A stretch of 46,619 bases of DNA from Nitrospirota bacterium (GTDB lineage: Bacteria > Nitrospirota > Thermodesulfovibrionia > Thermodesulfovibrionales > JdFR-85), in assembly GCA_013151495.1 (NCBI GenBank), contig JAADIE010000081.1, forward strand, positions 1 through 46,619, written 5' to 3'. This document shows, piece by piece, positions 1-10,429 of this stretch. The notes under the pieces were generated by a model. That model had not been told where the DNA came from and did not search any database. It saw nothing but the letters and a program-made list of their open reading frames with translations. Positions within the stretch are counted from its first letter, which is position 1; the number at the start of each line of letters is the position of its first letter. The translations under genes and the position numbers were made by a program.

Positions 1-53
1 CGCGACGTTAATGCAGTGCTTCTACCCCAGGTGGTGGCACCGACTTAATCGCG

Positions 54-431
54 GTGTACAAGGGAGAGTATATTGCGCTTTTCAATGATAAAGAACTGCT
101 TACTAAAGAAAAGGACTCTTATGGTGCCACTCATGCAGAAGTAGGGGGGTGGTTTCTTGAAGAGGCTCTGTTGCCAGAGGAGATTGTCTTTCCGGTATAT
201 TACCATCATGACCTTGAGAAGATAGAGAAACATAAAGGAATTGCTCTGGCTGTTGCCCTTGCGGAGGCACTGGTTTCAAAGTTTAGTAGCAATACTACTT
301 CTGATGGAATATACAATGAGGAGATAGAGCAAACACTGCTTTCATTGGGGTTAAAGGAGAAGGATATTGAGGATATAGGGGAGTTAATCGAGGTAGAACA
401 GGAGAATATCAGAACCTTTTTTGGCCTGTAG
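54..431 (+). CDS. HDOD/HD-like signal transduction protein, C-terminal fragment (5' truncated)
   Basis: E..YGATHAEVGGWFLEEALLPEEIVFPVYYHH resembles the HDOD C-terminal motif. The frame has a stop at 9-11, so the N-terminus is missing from this window. Confidence 0.65.
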   Translation: MYKGEYIALFNDKELLTKEKDSYGATHAEVGGWFLEEALLPEEIVFPVYYHHDLEKIEKHKGIALAVALAEALVSKFSSNTTSDGIYNEEIEQTLLSLGLKEKDIEDIGELIEVEQENIRTFFGL

Positions 432-516
432 CCTTCTGATCCCTTTACATAGTTCAGGAGACAGTCCCCTTGACTAAATTTTTACCGTTATGTCTTAATT
501 TCTATACAGGTATTTT

Positions 517-2028
517 ATGCTGCTTCATCATAGATTTATAGAAACAGCAAAAAAGAAAGCTGACAAAATTGCCTTTATCGATTGTAATACCGGTAAGGAA
601 ATCTCCTATTCCAGGGCACTTATTGGTTCTCTGATCCTTTCAAATCGATTCAAAAAGTTCAGAGATGGCTTCCTTGGTATAATGCTTCCCACATCGGCTG
701 GAGCCGGGCTTTCAATCATCGCCTCATTAATGGCAGGTAAAGTGCCAGTTATGATCAACTACTCAACAGGGGCCGAGCAAAACGCCCTTTACGCAAAGCG
801 TAAATGTGATTTTCACACCATAGTGACATCAAAAAAACTTCTTGAAAAGATAGGTTGTCCTAAACTGGATGGAATGATCTTTCTTGAGGATATTATGGAC
901 AGTGTGGGGAAGATTGAAAAGATTAAGGCAGCAGCATTTTCGAAAATGCCAGCTTCAGTGATAAAGGCCCGATGTGCCAGGGCAACAGAGGATGACGATG
1001 CAGTAATACTATTTACGAGTGGAAGTGAAAAGGATCCCAAGGCTGTAGAGCTTACCCATAAAAATATCTATACAAACATAGAGGCCTTCAGCCAGGTTAT
1101 CGAACTTTCAGAGAGAGACCGAATGCTTGCAACACTGCCTTACTTTCATGTATTCGGACTTACAGTTACACTCTGGGCCCCTCTTTATCATGGAATGACA
1201 ATTATAGCCTATGCAAACCCACTTGATTTCAGGAAGGTCTGTGAGATCATAAAACAGCACAGGCCAACCATGATGGTGGGCACTCCGAGTTTCCTGTGGG
1301 GCTATCTCCGTAAATCCGAGCCCGGAGACTTCCAGAGCATCAGAATTGCTGTTACTGGTGCTGACAAATGTCCGGAGCCCTTGAGGGAAGAGTTTCTTAA
1401 AAAACATGGCCTGCAATTACTGGAAGGTTATGGCACCACAGAGACGGCCCCTGTTATTTCTGTAAATACTCCAGATGCAAACAGGCCTGGAAGTGTTGGC
1501 AGGGTGATACCAGGTGTAGAGGTACGAATAGAGGATTACGAAACAGGCCAGACATGCCCCCCGGGCAAGGTTGGACGGATCCTTGTGCGGGGGCCAAATG
1601 TTATGAAGGGGTATCTGGACGACCTTGAAGAGACCTCCATGAGGATTCGTCATGGATGGTACGACACAGGGGATATGGGCTATTTAGATGAGGATGGATT
1701 TCTCTGGCATGCGGGTAGGCTGAAGAGGTTTGTAAAAATAGGAGGTGAGATGGTCTCACTTGTCAGGGTTGAGGATGTTCTTCAGAGGTTACTGCCCGAG
1801 GATACGGACTGTTGTGTTGTGGAGGTACCAGACCCCAAAAAGGGTGCCCGGATTATAGCTGCTGTTACCAGGAAAATAGATGAAAAATCAATCCTCAAAG
1901 AGATGGCCAGGGAACTTCCAAATATTGCCCTTCCTAAGCAGTTTGTGGTTATTGAGGACCTGCCCAAGATGGGAAGTGGTAAGGTGGATTTCAGAAGGGT
2001 TACCGAGATGGTTCATGAGATGACCTGA
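517..2028 (+). CDS. AMP-binding acyl-ACP/acyl-CoA synthetase (stand-alone Aas C-terminal-like domain)
   Basis: LFTSGSEKDPK, EGYGTTE, YDTGD, RLKRFVKIGGEMVSL and LPKMGSGKVD adenylation motifs typical of the Aas synthetase domain. Confidence 0.85.
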   Translation: MLLHHRFIETAKKKADKIAFIDCNTGKEISYSRALIGSLILSNRFKKFRDGFLGIMLPTSAGAGLSIIASLMAGKVPVMINYSTGAEQNALYAKRKCDFHTIVTSKKLLEKIGCPKLDGMIFLEDIMDSVGKIEKIKAAAFSKMPASVIKARCARATEDDDAVILFTSGSEKDPKAVELTHKNIYTNIEAFSQVIELSERDRMLATLPYFHVFGLTVTLWAPLYHGMTIIAYANPLDFRKVCEIIKQHRPTMMVGTPSFLWGYLRKSEPGDFQSIRIAVTGADKCPEPLREEFLKKHGLQLLEGYGTTETAPVISVNTPDANRPGSVGRVIPGVEVRIEDYETGQTCPPGKVGRILVRGPNVMKGYLDDLEETSMRIRHGWYDTGDMGYLDEDGFLWHAGRLKRFVKIGGEMVSLVRVEDVLQRLLPEDTDCCVVEVPDPKKGARIIAAVTRKIDEKSILKEMARELPNIALPKQFVVIEDLPKMGSGKVDFRRVTEMVHEMT

Positions 2029-2100
2029 ATTTATAAATATTTTTAATCAACCCTTTCAGTTGTTTGACTAAATCCAGGGCATTATGTTATCAATATACTG

Positions 2101-2364
2101 ATGAACCCCTTTTCAGAGCTGACAAGGTTTATCAAAGAAAAGAAGGAACGGTATTATTACAGGAGACGCTTTCGTGAGCTTGAGCGGGAGCTTGAGTCGT
2201 TAAGGAAGTTTATCGAATTCAAGCTAAACAGCATGGAGAAAAACCTTAACGACAAGATAACTCAGCTCGAGTTCAGGGTACAGCAGCTCGAGGATTACAA
2301 AAAGGAGGCTGATTGCCTCTCAAAGGTTCTGGATTCCTGTGACCCGGATATTCGCAGGAATTAG
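2101..2364 (+). CDS. hypothetical coiled-coil protein
   Basis: 87-aa ORF filling the gap, charged heptad pattern, TTGACT promoter-like element upstream. Confidence 0.6.
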   Translation: MNPFSELTRFIKEKKERYYYRRRFRELERELESLRKFIEFKLNSMEKNLNDKITQLEFRVQQLEDYKKEADCLSKVLDSCDPDIRRN

Positions 2365-2383
2365 GCCTTATAAAATGATAAAT

Positions 2384-2459
2384 GCGGGCGTAGCTCAGCT
2401 GGTAGAGCACAACCTTGCCAAGGTTGGGGTCGCGGGTTCGAATCCCGTCGCCCGCTCCA
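2384..2459 (+). tRNA. tRNA-Gly (GCC)
   Basis: GCGGGCG/CGCCCGC acceptor stem, TAGCTCAGCTGGTAGAGC D-arm, anticodon loop TTGCCAA, GGTTCGAATCC T-arm, encoded CCA. Confidence 0.97.
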
Positions 2460-2469
2460 TATAATATCC

Positions 2470-2545
2470 GGCGGCGTACCCAAGCGGCTAAGGGAGAGGT
2501 CTGCAAAACCTTTATTCGCCGGTTCGAATCCGGCCGCCGCCTCCA
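2470..2545 (+). tRNA. tRNA-Cys (GCA)
   Basis: GGCGGCG/CGCCGCC acceptor stem, anticodon loop CTGCAAA, GGTTCGAATCC, U73 discriminator and CCA. Confidence 0.96.
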
Positions 2546-2602
2546 GACAAAAATTCCCACCTTACAATAATCTCAAAAAAAAGATCCATTTTAATGATTT
2601 AA

Positions 2603-4012
2603 TCAGGAAGAAAGGACTGTGTTGTTGATGTTCTGGTCGATTAGTCCAAGAGATTCAAGATAGTTGTATATGTCTTTCATGGCCTGCTTTATGGCCCTTT
2701 TCCCGTACATACCAACACCTGCATAAAAGAACTCAAGCTTTGCAAGATGCTTCAGTATGTACCGCCATGAATAGAACCTGGCCATGGCTTTAAGGGATTC
2801 TATCTGGAGGGTTACCGGATTCATGCTTTTCGGCATAAAGACCACATGATGGGCGTCGTACTTGCTCCAGTCTGTATGTAGAAGTCGTCCGTCTTCCTTC
2901 ATTTCATAGAAAAAGGGTGTTCCAGGAAGGGGGGTAAGGATCATAAACTGTACGGTGTCAATACCGAGTTTTATGGCAAAATCAGCAGTCTTTTTTATGG
3001 TATCCACATCATCGGTATCTGCTCCAAGTACGAACATCCCATGTATGTAAATGCCGTGGTCTTTTAATGCCCTTATGCATCTGATAATATCTTCGGTATC
3101 CTGTTTTTTATTGTAAGCCTCAAGGGTCTTAGGATTTATAGATTCAAACCCAATATATGTGGTGTCGCAGCCTGAATCAGCCATTAGTTTTAAAAGTTCA
3201 GGGTCTTTTGCTACATCGGTTCTGACCTGAGCTGTCCACTTTAGCTTAATTCCCTCATCAATAATACCCCTGAGGATCTCTTTGGTGCGTTTTTTGTTTG
3301 CTGCAAAGTTGTCATCTACAATAAACTTTGTTGACTTTGTTACTTCTGAAACATACTTGAACTCCTTAATTGTAGCCTCAACTGATTTAAAGCGATATTT
3401 CCTGCCAAATATCTGTATGACAGAGCAAAATTTGCAGTTATATGGACATCCCCTTGATGTGGAAACAGGATAAACATTTGTTGGCTTCCAGTTATGGACA
3501 AGTGAAAAGTCAGGCTCGGGCAGGCTGTCGAGATCTGTTATAAGTGGATGAGGAGGATTATTTATCACCCTTCCATCTGAGTCCCGATAAGAAATGCCCT
3601 TTATCTCGGAAAGGGCTGGCCTGCCTTTAGTCAGGAAATCTATGAGGGCTGGTAAACTGTAATCACCCTCACCCCTTACCACAAAGTCGGCATGCTCCAG
3701 GGCCTCTTCCGGTAAAAAAGAGGGGTGAGCACCACCAATGATAACCGGGATGCCTTTACTGCGCAGATTGTCGGCAATAGAGTATGCCCTGATGGCTGTT
3801 GAAGTGATAGTTGATATACAGACAAGATCAGAGTTTTCTATGTAAGACCAGTCTGGCTCGGAGATATCCTCAATAAAGGCCTTTACCTCAAAGCCACGCT
3901 CTTTGAGTATGGTAGAAAGCAGTACTGCACCCAGTCGAGGAATAGGAAATTTGCTGTAAATATGTGCCCCCGGCGAGCGTGCTTCAATAAATGAAATTCG
4001 TTGTACTTCCAT
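2603..4012 (-). CDS. B12-binding domain radical SAM protein
   Basis: GGAHPS and RGEGD in a cobalamin-binding domain, SRGCPYNCKFC (CxxxCxxC), IGFES, TPLPGTP. Confidence 0.9.
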   Translation of the reverse strand: MEVQRISFIEARSPGAHIYSKFPIPRLGAVLLSTILKERGFEVKAFIEDISEPDWSYIENSDLVCISTITSTAIRAYSIADNLRSKGIPVIIGGAHPSFLPEEALEHADFVVRGEGDYSLPALIDFLTKGRPALSEIKGISYRDSDGRVINNPPHPLITDLDSLPEPDFSLVHNWKPTNVYPVSTSRGCPYNCKFCSVIQIFGRKYRFKSVEATIKEFKYVSEVTKSTKFIVDDNFAANKKRTKEILRGIIDEGIKLKWTAQVRTDVAKDPELLKLMADSGCDTTYIGFESINPKTLEAYNKKQDTEDIIRCIRALKDHGIYIHGMFVLGADTDDVDTIKKTADFAIKLGIDTVQFMILTPLPGTPFFYEMKEDGRLLHTDWSKYDAHHVVFMPKSMNPVTLQIESLKAMARFYSWRYILKHLAKLEFFYAGVGMYGKRAIKQAMKDIYNYLESLGLIDQNINNTVLSS

Positions 4013-4020
4013 TTAGCTTA

Positions 4021-4050
4021 AGTATATGACATTTCAGGGTGGCTTTGCAA
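4021..4050 (-). promoter_or_regulatory. sigma70-type promoter of the radical SAM gene (near-leaderless)
   Basis: TTGCAA-N18-TATACT on the minus strand, 8 nt before ATG, no SD. Confidence 0.6.
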
Positions 4051-4100
4051 CAAAAAAATAAATTCCTTTTAAAAAAGATAGGCTATAATTTTAAAGGAAT

Positions 4101-6398
4101 ATGAAAAGACTGAAAATTAAGGTAACCGGAAGAGTTCAGGGCGTTGGATTCAGACCCTTTGTTTACAACCTTGCAAAGGCCCTATCGCTTAGAGGGTATG
4201 TGTTGAACTCATCAAAAGGGGTGGTTATAGAGGTGGAGGGCAACCGGGTGGAGGAGTTTCTTCAGAGATTAAAACAATCACCACCTCCGCTTTCAGATAT
4301 CGAAAGGGTGATTGTAGAAGAGGTATCACCTGTAGGGGAGCAGGATTTCAGGATACTTGAAAGCCAGGAAGAGGGAAGCTTTACCCATGTCTCCCCGGAT
4401 GTATCTGTTTGTGAAGAATGCCTTGGGGAAATGCTTGATAAAACGGACCGGCGATACCTGTATCCCTTTATAAACTGCACAAACTGTGGCCCAAGATACT
4501 CCATTACCCTTTCACTTCCCTATGACAGGCCAAACACCACCATGAGGATCTTTAAGATGTGCCAGAAGTGCCAATCAGAATATGATGACCCCACAAACCG
4601 AAGATTCCATGCCCAGCCAAATGCGTGTCCTGAGTGTGGCCCTTCTCTTAGCTTCAGACTAATTAATAAGGCCTTTAAAAGATGTGTAGAAGAAGATCCT
4701 CTACAGAGTACCATAAACCTGTTGAACTCAGGTGCTATTGTGGCGATTAAAGGCCTGGGGGGTTTTCATATAGCCTGTGATGCCCTGAATGAAAGGGCTG
4801 TAGAGAAACTAAGGGAAAGAAAGCGTAAAAGTAACAAACCCTTTGCCCTTATGGCAGCCTCGGTGGAGATTATAAAGAGGTTTGTCCTTATGGATGACAG
4901 GGAACAGGAGCTTCTTGAGTCAAACAGGCGGCCAATCGTGCTTATGAGAAAACGACCAGGCTGTGAGATACCAGAGGTTGTGGCACCAGGGAATAGATAC
5001 CTTGGTTTCATGCTCCCCTACACACCTTTACACTATCTGCTTTTTTATAGCCCCCCTGGTTCACCTGAAAACCCCCTCTTTAAATGTCTTGTCATGACCA
5101 GTGGAAACCTGAAGGAAGAGCCAATAATACATAGAAATGATGATGCCCTGGAGAGACTGTCGGGACTTGTAGATGCCTTTTTGTTTCATAATCGAGATAT
5201 ATTTATGAGGGTGGATGATTCGGTGGTGAAAAAGGAACTCTTTATCAGAAGGGCAAGGGGGTATGTTCCAGAACCGATAGTGCTTCCAGATGATGGACCA
5301 GAAGTGCTGGCCACAGGTGCTGACCTGAAAAATACCTTTTCATTGACTAAGGAAAACTATGCTATCCTGAGTCAGCATATAGGTGATATGGAAAACTATG
5401 AAACCCTTCTTTTTTTTCAGGAGGTCCTTGAAAACCTGAAGGCCCTTTACAGGATAAAACCCATTGCTGTGGCTACAGACCTTCATCCAGGTTACCTCAG
5501 CCGTCAGTGGGCTGATAGTCAGGCCCTCCCGGTTACCTATATCCAGCACCATTATGCCCATGCAATGGCCGTAGTGGCTGAACATGGGCTTAAGGCCCCG
5601 GTTATAGGAGTGGTTTTTGATGGCACCGGTTATGGCCTTGATGGACGCATCTGGGGAGGCGAGTTTCTCTGGGTAGATACAGAGGGCTTTCAGAGGCTTG
5701 CCCACCTGGATTATCTGAGACTTCCAGGTGGTGAAATGGCTATAAAACAGCCCTGGCGTACGGCCGTGGCATTACTAAGAGGGTTGTATGCTGAGGAAAC
5801 AGAGGGGTTTTTGAAGAGACTTGGTTTTTTTGAACGAATAGATCTGAAACAGATAGAGATGGTGCTCTCGATAGCAGAAAATGAACAGTTCAGTCCATTT
5901 AGCTCAGGCGCTGGCAGGTACTTTGATGCCCTTTCTTCCATAGTATCTCTGGTTGATTTCAATACCCATGAGGCTGAGGCTCCAATGGCTCTGGAGGCAA
6001 TTACCCTTGATGGTGTGGATGAGGTATATCCTTTTGATATAAATGAAGAGACAATACCAATGGTGATAAGTCTTAGAAGATGTTTCCAGAGGGCTGTAGA
6101 TGATTATCTTCAAGATGTGGAGCTTGAAATTATAGCCACAAGGTTCCATAATACAATGGCAGCCCTTATAAGGGATACAGTGATGAGGCTTAAGAGCCGG
6201 AAAGGGGAGGTAAAAGAGGTGGTGCTTTCTGGTGGGGTTTTTCAGAATAGTTATCTTCTTTCAAAGACCTTTGAATATCTTGCTGATACAGGTTTAAAGG
6301 TCTATTTTCACAAATCCATTCCACCCAACGATGCCTGTATCTCACTTGGGCAGGCATATATACTCAGGGAAAGGTTAAAAAGGGGGATGAATGTCTGA
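4101..6398 (+). CDS. hypF: [NiFe]-hydrogenase maturation carbamoyltransferase HypF
   Basis: Acylphosphatase domain GRVQGVGFRPF, zinc fingers CTNCGPRY and HAQPNACPECGP, HHYAH, DGTGYG, PPND. Confidence 0.97.
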   Translation: MKRLKIKVTGRVQGVGFRPFVYNLAKALSLRGYVLNSSKGVVIEVEGNRVEEFLQRLKQSPPPLSDIERVIVEEVSPVGEQDFRILESQEEGSFTHVSPDVSVCEECLGEMLDKTDRRYLYPFINCTNCGPRYSITLSLPYDRPNTTMRIFKMCQKCQSEYDDPTNRRFHAQPNACPECGPSLSFRLINKAFKRCVEEDPLQSTINLLNSGAIVAIKGLGGFHIACDALNERAVEKLRERKRKSNKPFALMAASVEIIKRFVLMDDREQELLESNRRPIVLMRKRPGCEIPEVVAPGNRYLGFMLPYTPLHYLLFYSPPGSPENPLFKCLVMTSGNLKEEPIIHRNDDALERLSGLVDAFLFHNRDIFMRVDDSVVKKELFIRRARGYVPEPIVLPDDGPEVLATGADLKNTFSLTKENYAILSQHIGDMENYETLLFFQEVLENLKALYRIKPIAVATDLHPGYLSRQWADSQALPVTYIQHHYAHAMAVVAEHGLKAPVIGVVFDGTGYGLDGRIWGGEFLWVDTEGFQRLAHLDYLRLPGGEMAIKQPWRTAVALLRGLYAEETEGFLKRLGFFERIDLKQIEMVLSIAENEQFSPFSSGAGRYFDALSSIVSLVDFNTHEAEAPMALEAITLDGVDEVYPFDINEETIPMVISLRRCFQRAVDDYLQDVELEIIATRFHNTMAALIRDTVMRLKSRKGEVKEVVLSGGVFQNSYLLSKTFEYLADTGLKVYFHKSIPPNDACISLGQAYILRERLKRGMNV

Positions 6399-7455
6399 AG
6401 GAAGGCTACTCAGGGAGTATGTTAAGAGGCTTGCTCAGAGGATTGGCAGGCCGGTGAGGTTGATGGAGGTCTGTGGTACCCACACGGTGAGTATCTTCAG
6501 ACACGGCATCAGGGCCATGCTCCCTGAGGGGGTTGATCTTCTTAGTGGCCCTGGTTGTCCTGTATGTGTAACCTCCATTGAGGATATAGACTGGGCAATA
6601 GCCTTTTGTAAACAGGTTGGTGGTGTAATTGCCACCTTTGGTGATATGATGAAGGTGCCTGGTTCTGATATGAACTTCTTTCAGGCCAGAGCTGAAGGAG
6701 CTGATATCAGGTTTGTTTACTCTCCTGTTGATGCCCTTAATATTGCAGTTGAGGAACCAGATAAAGAGGTGGTATTTTTTGCTACCGGCTTTGAGACCAC
6801 CTCTCCCACTGTGGCAGCAGTGCTTAAAAGGGCACTTGATGAAAGGGTGGGGAACTTTTATATCTACTCGGTTCATAAGCTTGTACCACCAGCCCTGAAG
6901 GCACTGGTTGAGGACAAGGAGGTAAGGGTTGATGGTTTCATCCTGCCAGGGCATGTAAGCACCATAATCGGCAGCAGGGGGTATGAGTTTTTAGCAAGAC
7001 AGTACAAACTACCTGGAGTTATAACCGGCTTTTCTCCTGAGGAAATAATGCAGGGGATTGCCATGCTTCTTGAGCAGATACTTCAGGGCAGGGCCGAGAT
7101 TGAGATCCAGTATAAAAAGGTGGTAAGGCCTGAGGGTAATCCTCAGGCATTGAGGCTTTTAGAGGATGTCTTTACACTGGCCGATTCCTACTGGAGAGGT
7201 ATCGGTATGATTCCCCAGAGTGGACTGGAACCAGCCGAGCAGTATTCTGAACATGACGCAAAGCAGGCTTTCAGGCTTGAGTTTACATCAAAGCCAGAGC
7301 CACGGGGTTGTTCCTGTGGTGAGGTGCTCAGAGGTGTTAAGAAGCCAACGGACTGTCCGTTGTTCCGAAAGGTCTGTACCCCTGAACGGCCAGTTGGAGC
7401 CTGTATGGTAAGCACCGAGGGAAGTTGTGCTGCCTACTATAAGTATAGCTATTGA
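6391..7455 (+). CDS. hypD: hydrogenase formation protein HypD
   Basis: MEVCGTHT, GPGCPVC, GFETT, PGHVS and C-terminal Fe-S motif GACMVSTEGSCAAYY. Confidence 0.97.
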   Translation: MSEGRLLREYVKRLAQRIGRPVRLMEVCGTHTVSIFRHGIRAMLPEGVDLLSGPGCPVCVTSIEDIDWAIAFCKQVGGVIATFGDMMKVPGSDMNFFQARAEGADIRFVYSPVDALNIAVEEPDKEVVFFATGFETTSPTVAAVLKRALDERVGNFYIYSVHKLVPPALKALVEDKEVRVDGFILPGHVSTIIGSRGYEFLARQYKLPGVITGFSPEEIMQGIAMLLEQILQGRAEIEIQYKKVVRPEGNPQALRLLEDVFTLADSYWRGIGMIPQSGLEPAEQYSEHDAKQAFRLEFTSKPEPRGCSCGEVLRGVKKPTDCPLFRKVCTPERPVGACMVSTEGSCAAYYKYSY

Positions 7456-8195
7456 TTAATGGATAGCATGTTTATCTTGTGAGCCAGGCAGCCAGCGCCA
7501 AAGCCATTGTCGATGTTAACAACCGCAATGCCTGGAACACAGCTATTAAGCATAGAAAACAGGGCAGTCAACCCACCCAGTGATGTGCCATACCCTGTTG
7601 ATGTGGGCACCGCAATAATAATCTTATCTGTCAGTCCACCAACAACAGAGGGCAGGGCACCTTCCATACCAGCCACCACCACAATTACCCTTGCCCTTTG
7701 TATGGCATCTTTGTAGGCAAAGAGCCTGTGAATACCGGCAACACCGACATCATAAACCCTTTCAACCTGGCTTCCAAGAAAGGATGCAGTCAGCGAAGCC
7801 TCTTCTGCTACTGCCCTGTCAGAGGTGCCTGCAGTAAGTACCAGAACCAGTCCCTTTTTTTCGGTATCTTCACCGGCCATTATGATTCGGGAATCAGGAT
7901 AGTACCGGGCCTTTTTTATCCTTAGTTTCTTTTTTATCTCCTCATTTGCCCTGGTTATTAACAGCCGACCAGAACGTTTGTATATAAGCCTTGATATTCT
8001 TACCACATCATCAGTGCTCTTTCCTTCTGCAAAAACAACCTCTGGTATTCCCTGTCGTATATCCCTGTGATGGTCGATATGGGAGTTTTCAAGAGACTCA
8101 AAGGGAAGGTGTTTCAGCTTTTCAAAGGCCTCGTTTAAATCGAGCCTGCCCTCTGATAATGCCCTGAGAAGTTTTTTCAGGTTGTTGGCTGTCAT
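7449..8195 (-). CDS. larB: nickel-pincer cofactor biosynthesis protein LarB (PurE-like)
   Basis: DHHR, PEVVFAEGK, AGTSD, DVGVAGIHRL, AGMEGALPS, VNIDNGFGAG. Confidence 0.92.
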   Translation of the reverse strand: MTANNLKKLLRALSEGRLDLNEAFEKLKHLPFESLENSHIDHHRDIRQGIPEVVFAEGKSTDDVVRISRLIYKRSGRLLITRANEEIKKKLRIKKARYYPDSRIIMAGEDTEKKGLVLVLTAGTSDRAVAEEASLTASFLGSQVERVYDVGVAGIHRLFAYKDAIQRARVIVVVAGMEGALPSVVGGLTDKIIIAVPTSTGYGTSLGGLTALFSMLNSCVPGIAVVNIDNGFGAGCLAHKINMLSINQ

Positions 8196-8198
8196 GGG

Positions 8199-9179
8199 TT
8201 ACCATTTAATCAGGGCTGAGCCCCAGGTTAACCCTCCACCGAAGGCCTCAAGAAGAATATAATCGCCCTCTTTTATACGACCGGTCCTGACTGCTTCGTC
8301 AAGTGCAAGAGGTATAGAGGCAGCAGAGGTATTGCCATGACGGTCGAGGGTAAGCATAACCCTGTCCAGCCCCAATCCAAGCCGTTTTGCTGTGGCAGCA
8401 ATAATTCGGTGGTTGGCCTGATGGGGTATCAAAAGAGAAAGTTCATCGGGTTTAACGCCATTTTCCTTGAGCGTGTCGACCACAAGCCTCTCAAGTGTTC
8501 GAACCGCCACCTTGAAGGTCTCGTTGCCTCGCATCTTTATGAAATGAAGCCTTTTCTGGACGGTCTCCTTTGTTGCGGGCATTCTTGAGCCCCCTGCCGG
8601 TACATGCAGAAGGTCCCACATCGAGCCATCAGCATAGATGTTTACCGAAAGGATACCCCTTTTGCCTTTTGTCTTCTCTAAAACCACTGCTCCTGCGCCA
8701 TCGCCAAGAAGCACACAGGTGGTTCGGTCTTTCCAGTCGGTAATTCTCGATAACACCTCTGCCCCCACAACCAGCACCCTTGAGTACACACCAGAGCGAA
8801 TAAAGCTGTCTGCTACTGAAAGGGCATAGATGAAACCAGAGCATGCAGCATTAATATCGAAGGCTGGAATGTTTTTTATACCAAGTTTGTGCTGAAGTAT
8901 GCATGCTGTTGAAGGAAGAATCATATCAGGGCTTACGGTGGCTACCAGGATCAGGTCCAGTTCCTTTGGCTTGATACCAGCGGCCTTTAATGCTTCTTTC
9001 GAGGCCATAAGGGCAAGATCAGAGGCTGCCTCCTGTTTGTCGGCGATTCTTCTTTCCCTTATGCCTGTCCTCTCTCTGATCCATTCATCAGAGGTGTCAA
9101 CCATCTTTTCAAGATCAAAATTAGTCAGAACCTTCTTGGGTAAATATGAGCCGGTACCGATTATCTTTGCATGTACCAA
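8199..9179 (-). CDS. fabH: 3-oxoacyl-ACP synthase III
   Basis: [19 protein letters not shown] catalytic triad motifs; follows plsX. Confidence 0.97.
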   Translation of the reverse strand: MVHAKIIGTGSYLPKKVLTNFDLEKMVDTSDEWIRERTGIRERRIADKQEAASDLALMASKEALKAAGIKPKELDLILVATVSPDMILPSTACILQHKLGIKNIPAFDINAACSGFIYALSVADSFIRSGVYSRVLVVGAEVLSRITDWKDRTTCVLLGDGAGAVVLEKTKGKRGILSVNIYADGSMWDLLHVPAGGSRMPATKETVQKRLHFIKMRGNETFKVAVRTLERLVVDTLKENGVKPDELSLLIPHQANHRIIAATAKRLGLGLDRVMLTLDRHGNTSAASIPLALDEAVRTGRIKEGDYILLEAFGGGLTWGSALIKW

Positions 9180-9199
9180 TTATCCTGTTTGACCTCCTT

Positions 9200-10240
9200 T
9201 TATGTAGTCTTTACTGGTTCGGGTTGTTGCTGGGGCGAAAGGATATCCCGATATCTACTTAGTTCCTCTATGATCTTCTGGTAAAACCTCTGCTTGGCAA
9301 ACTCGTTGGCAAGTTTTATTGCATTTCTTATAGCCTTAGAGCTTGAGCGTCCGTGGCTTATTAAACAGGTGCCGTTAATACCAAGAAGCGGAGCCCCACC
9401 GTATTCGGAATAGTCGGTTTTCTTTTTAAAATTACGCAGTGCGGGTTTAAGCAACATATAGGCAATCTTTCCGGTCTTTATATCGGCAATCTCCCTTTTA
9501 AGCATCTTCATAATCGTGTCTGCCAGCCCCTCACTTACCTTCAATACAATGTTTCCTATAAAGCCGTCACACACAACCACATCTGCCACACCGACAAAGA
9601 TGTCCTTGCCCTCAATATTTCCGGCAAAGTTAATGTCGGTGTTTTTTATCAGCTTGAAGGCCTCTTTTGTCAGGAGATTTCCTTTTGTATCCTCCTCACC
9701 AATACTCAGGAGTGCAACCTTGGGATCCTCAACCCCGAGAATCCTCTTTGAAAATGCCCTTCCCATAAGGGCAAATTGAAGGAGGTTTTCGGGTTCGGTA
9801 TCCACATTTGCGCCTGCATCTATAAGGACAAACTTACCGGTAAGGGTGGGCATTGTGGTAGCTATGGCGGGTCTATGTACACCGGGAGACTTGCCAAGCA
9901 ACAGAAGGGCCGTTGCCATCACCACCCCTGAATGTCCTGCACTTACAAAGGCATCAGCCTCCTGGTTCTTCACGAGCTCAATGCCTTTTCTTATGGAAGA
10001 ATCCTTTTTTCTTCTAATAGCAGTAGAGATGTCATCATCCATCTGGACAGTCTGGGTGGTATGTAATATAGAGATCCTTTCCGGGGGGTAATGTTTCCTT
10101 TTTAACTCTTTCTGTAAAAGCTCTCTATCCCCAACAAGTACGATCTCTATATCATCTGTTTCGTTAACGGTCTCAACCGCACCTTCAACAGTGGTCCGGG
10201 GGGCATGATCTCCCCCCATTGCATCAAGGGAGATCCTCAT
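9200..10240 (-). CDS. plsX: phosphate acyltransferase PlsX
   Basis: DAMGGDHAP, DAGAN, CDGFIGN, YGGAPLLG; rpmF-plsX-fabH synteny. Confidence 0.97.
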   Translation of the reverse strand: MRISLDAMGGDHAPRTTVEGAVETVNETDDIEIVLVGDRELLQKELKRKHYPPERISILHTTQTVQMDDDISTAIRRKKDSSIRKGIELVKNQEADAFVSAGHSGVVMATALLLLGKSPGVHRPAIATTMPTLTGKFVLIDAGANVDTEPENLLQFALMGRAFSKRILGVEDPKVALLSIGEEDTKGNLLTKEAFKLIKNTDINFAGNIEGKDIFVGVADVVVCDGFIGNIVLKVSEGLADTIMKMLKREIADIKTGKIAYMLLKPALRNFKKKTDYSEYGGAPLLGINGTCLISHGRSSSKAIRNAIKLANEFAKQRFYQKIIEELSRYRDILSPQQQPEPVKTT

Positions 10241-10428
10241 AACTCTTCTTTTTCAACTATCTCCAGTACCTTTCTTTCCTTGTAAGAGCCACAGCTAAGA
10301 CAAACACGGTGTGGTAACTTGTATTCACCACACTCGGGGCATTTGACCATTGTGGGTATGCTTCCCTTCCAGTTTGCCCTTCTTTTGTCTCTACGACACC
10401 TTGAGTGTCTTGAATGTGGGTTTGCCAT
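10237..10428 (-). CDS. rpmF: 50S ribosomal protein L32 (Zn-ribbon type)
   Basis: CPECG..KLPHRVCLSCGSY; canonical position. Confidence 0.95.
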   Translation of the reverse strand: MANPHSRHSRCRRDKRRANWKGSIPTMVKCPECGEYKLPHRVCLSCGSYKERKVLEIVEKEEL

Positions 10429-10429
10429 C

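Noticed and set aside
2273-2560. 95-aa minus-strand ORF
   Set aside because: It is the antisense shadow of tRNA-Gly and tRNA-Cys.
2384-2600. tRNA genes as an integration site
   Set aside because: No integrase, no duplicated tRNA 3' end and no compositional break was seen in the window.
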